64,000 nucleotides of DNA from Felis catus (Eukaryota). The position numbers and the translations under genes were made by a program. Within the stretch, counting starts at the first letter, position 1. Each line of letters starts with the position of its first letter. The DNA lies in the NCBI RefSeq assembly GCF_018350175.1, contig NC_058368.1:43960001-44024000 (forward strand). The letters are read 5' to 3'. Of the stretch, positions 63,233-64,000 are shown piece by piece. Below the pieces are notes generated by a model. That model saw nothing but the letters and a program-made list of their open reading frames with translations, was not told where the DNA came from and made no database searches.

Positions 63233-64000
63233 TATATAGAGAGAAACTACCACTTACTTACTGCATTTTCAGTTTATAGGGCACTTTTACTTTAGTAGTT
63301 TTTTCAAATTCAGCAATATTGTGAAATAGATACAACTATTCTTATGTTGAACTTTTTAGACACCCTACTATTTATTAGTGTCATTAGCTATGAATTGTCT
63401 GTCCAAATTCATTATGATATAATTATATCTCAAAATCTCTGAGGCTACTATGAATCATATCACTTTGGAAATTATGAAATGCTAAACAATAATATATTTT
63501 CAAGATGTGAATGTGAATAAGTAGGTATATCCCAAACCACAAGGATTTGAAATATTTTCCCAGTAAATCTTCACAAAGAATGGGAAATAAAATGAATAGA
63601 CACTTTATGAAGGATACCAAAAAGCTATGCTCTATACAGGTGGGTGTCCCTGATTGACCAGGAGACTGTTAAATCTTTTACAGATTGAGTTTGCATTAAT
63701 GTTACATAAAGATGTTGTACTAATATGTTTCTGAACTCTCCCTATGGTTACATTTCAAAACACAGTAACAAGTATTATTTAGGAGTGTGGAAATCACGCT
63801 GTCTGCCTTGCACCTCTCAGTGTTTCTTCCAAAAATCAGCCTTGTCCTTCTTAAGGTGACTAAGTCTATGGAAACTCCCACTGCTTACTTATTACTGTCA
63901 ATCATTTCACTTTTATTGAATAGCAAGGAGGGAAAACAAAATCCTTAAGAAAATGTGCCAATCAAATTAAAATGCTAAGTAAGATTACACTGAGCCTGTG

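Noticed and set aside
1..64000. ORF-track entries as host genes
   Set aside because: All are short; recognisable ones are SINE, L1, LTR, Charlie or RPL27-pseudogene translations and the rest are low-complexity or chance ORFs. Small spliced exons cannot be excluded by eye.

Overview
AT-rich, repeat-dense mammalian non-coding DNA (intergenic or deep intron) from a carnivoran, almost certainly a felid: it carries about 25 tRNA-derived Can-SINEs, including three very young SINEC_Fc-type copies, and a cat-type L1 3' end. I find no intact host protein-coding gene, rRNA, tRNA or CRISPR array; the ORF track is almost all translated repeat or chance ORFs. Recognisable coding-derived remnants are a processed RPL27 pseudogene (minus, ~34540-34895), a near full-length but decayed hAT/Charlie transposase resembling the SCAND3/ZBED9 (Buster4) transposase domain (minus, ~57865-59800), and L1 ORF1/ORF2 fragments. 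Other elements are a complete LTR-internal-LTR MLT1-type MaLR provirus, several solo ERV/MaLR LTRs, Tigger, MER47, MER58A and MER63A DNA transposons, MIR/L2 fragments and microsatellites. The most notable unexplained structures are a ~190-bp inverted copy of flanking DNA inserted inside a Tigger element, three separate palindrome-plus-duplicated-arm micro-rearrangements, and a dense Forkhead-motif cluster in an ERV LTR. The sequence does not support a novel multi-gene system. Repeat subfamily names and protein comparisons are from memory and need Dfam/RepeatMasker/BLAST confirmation; boundaries of old repeats are approximate.
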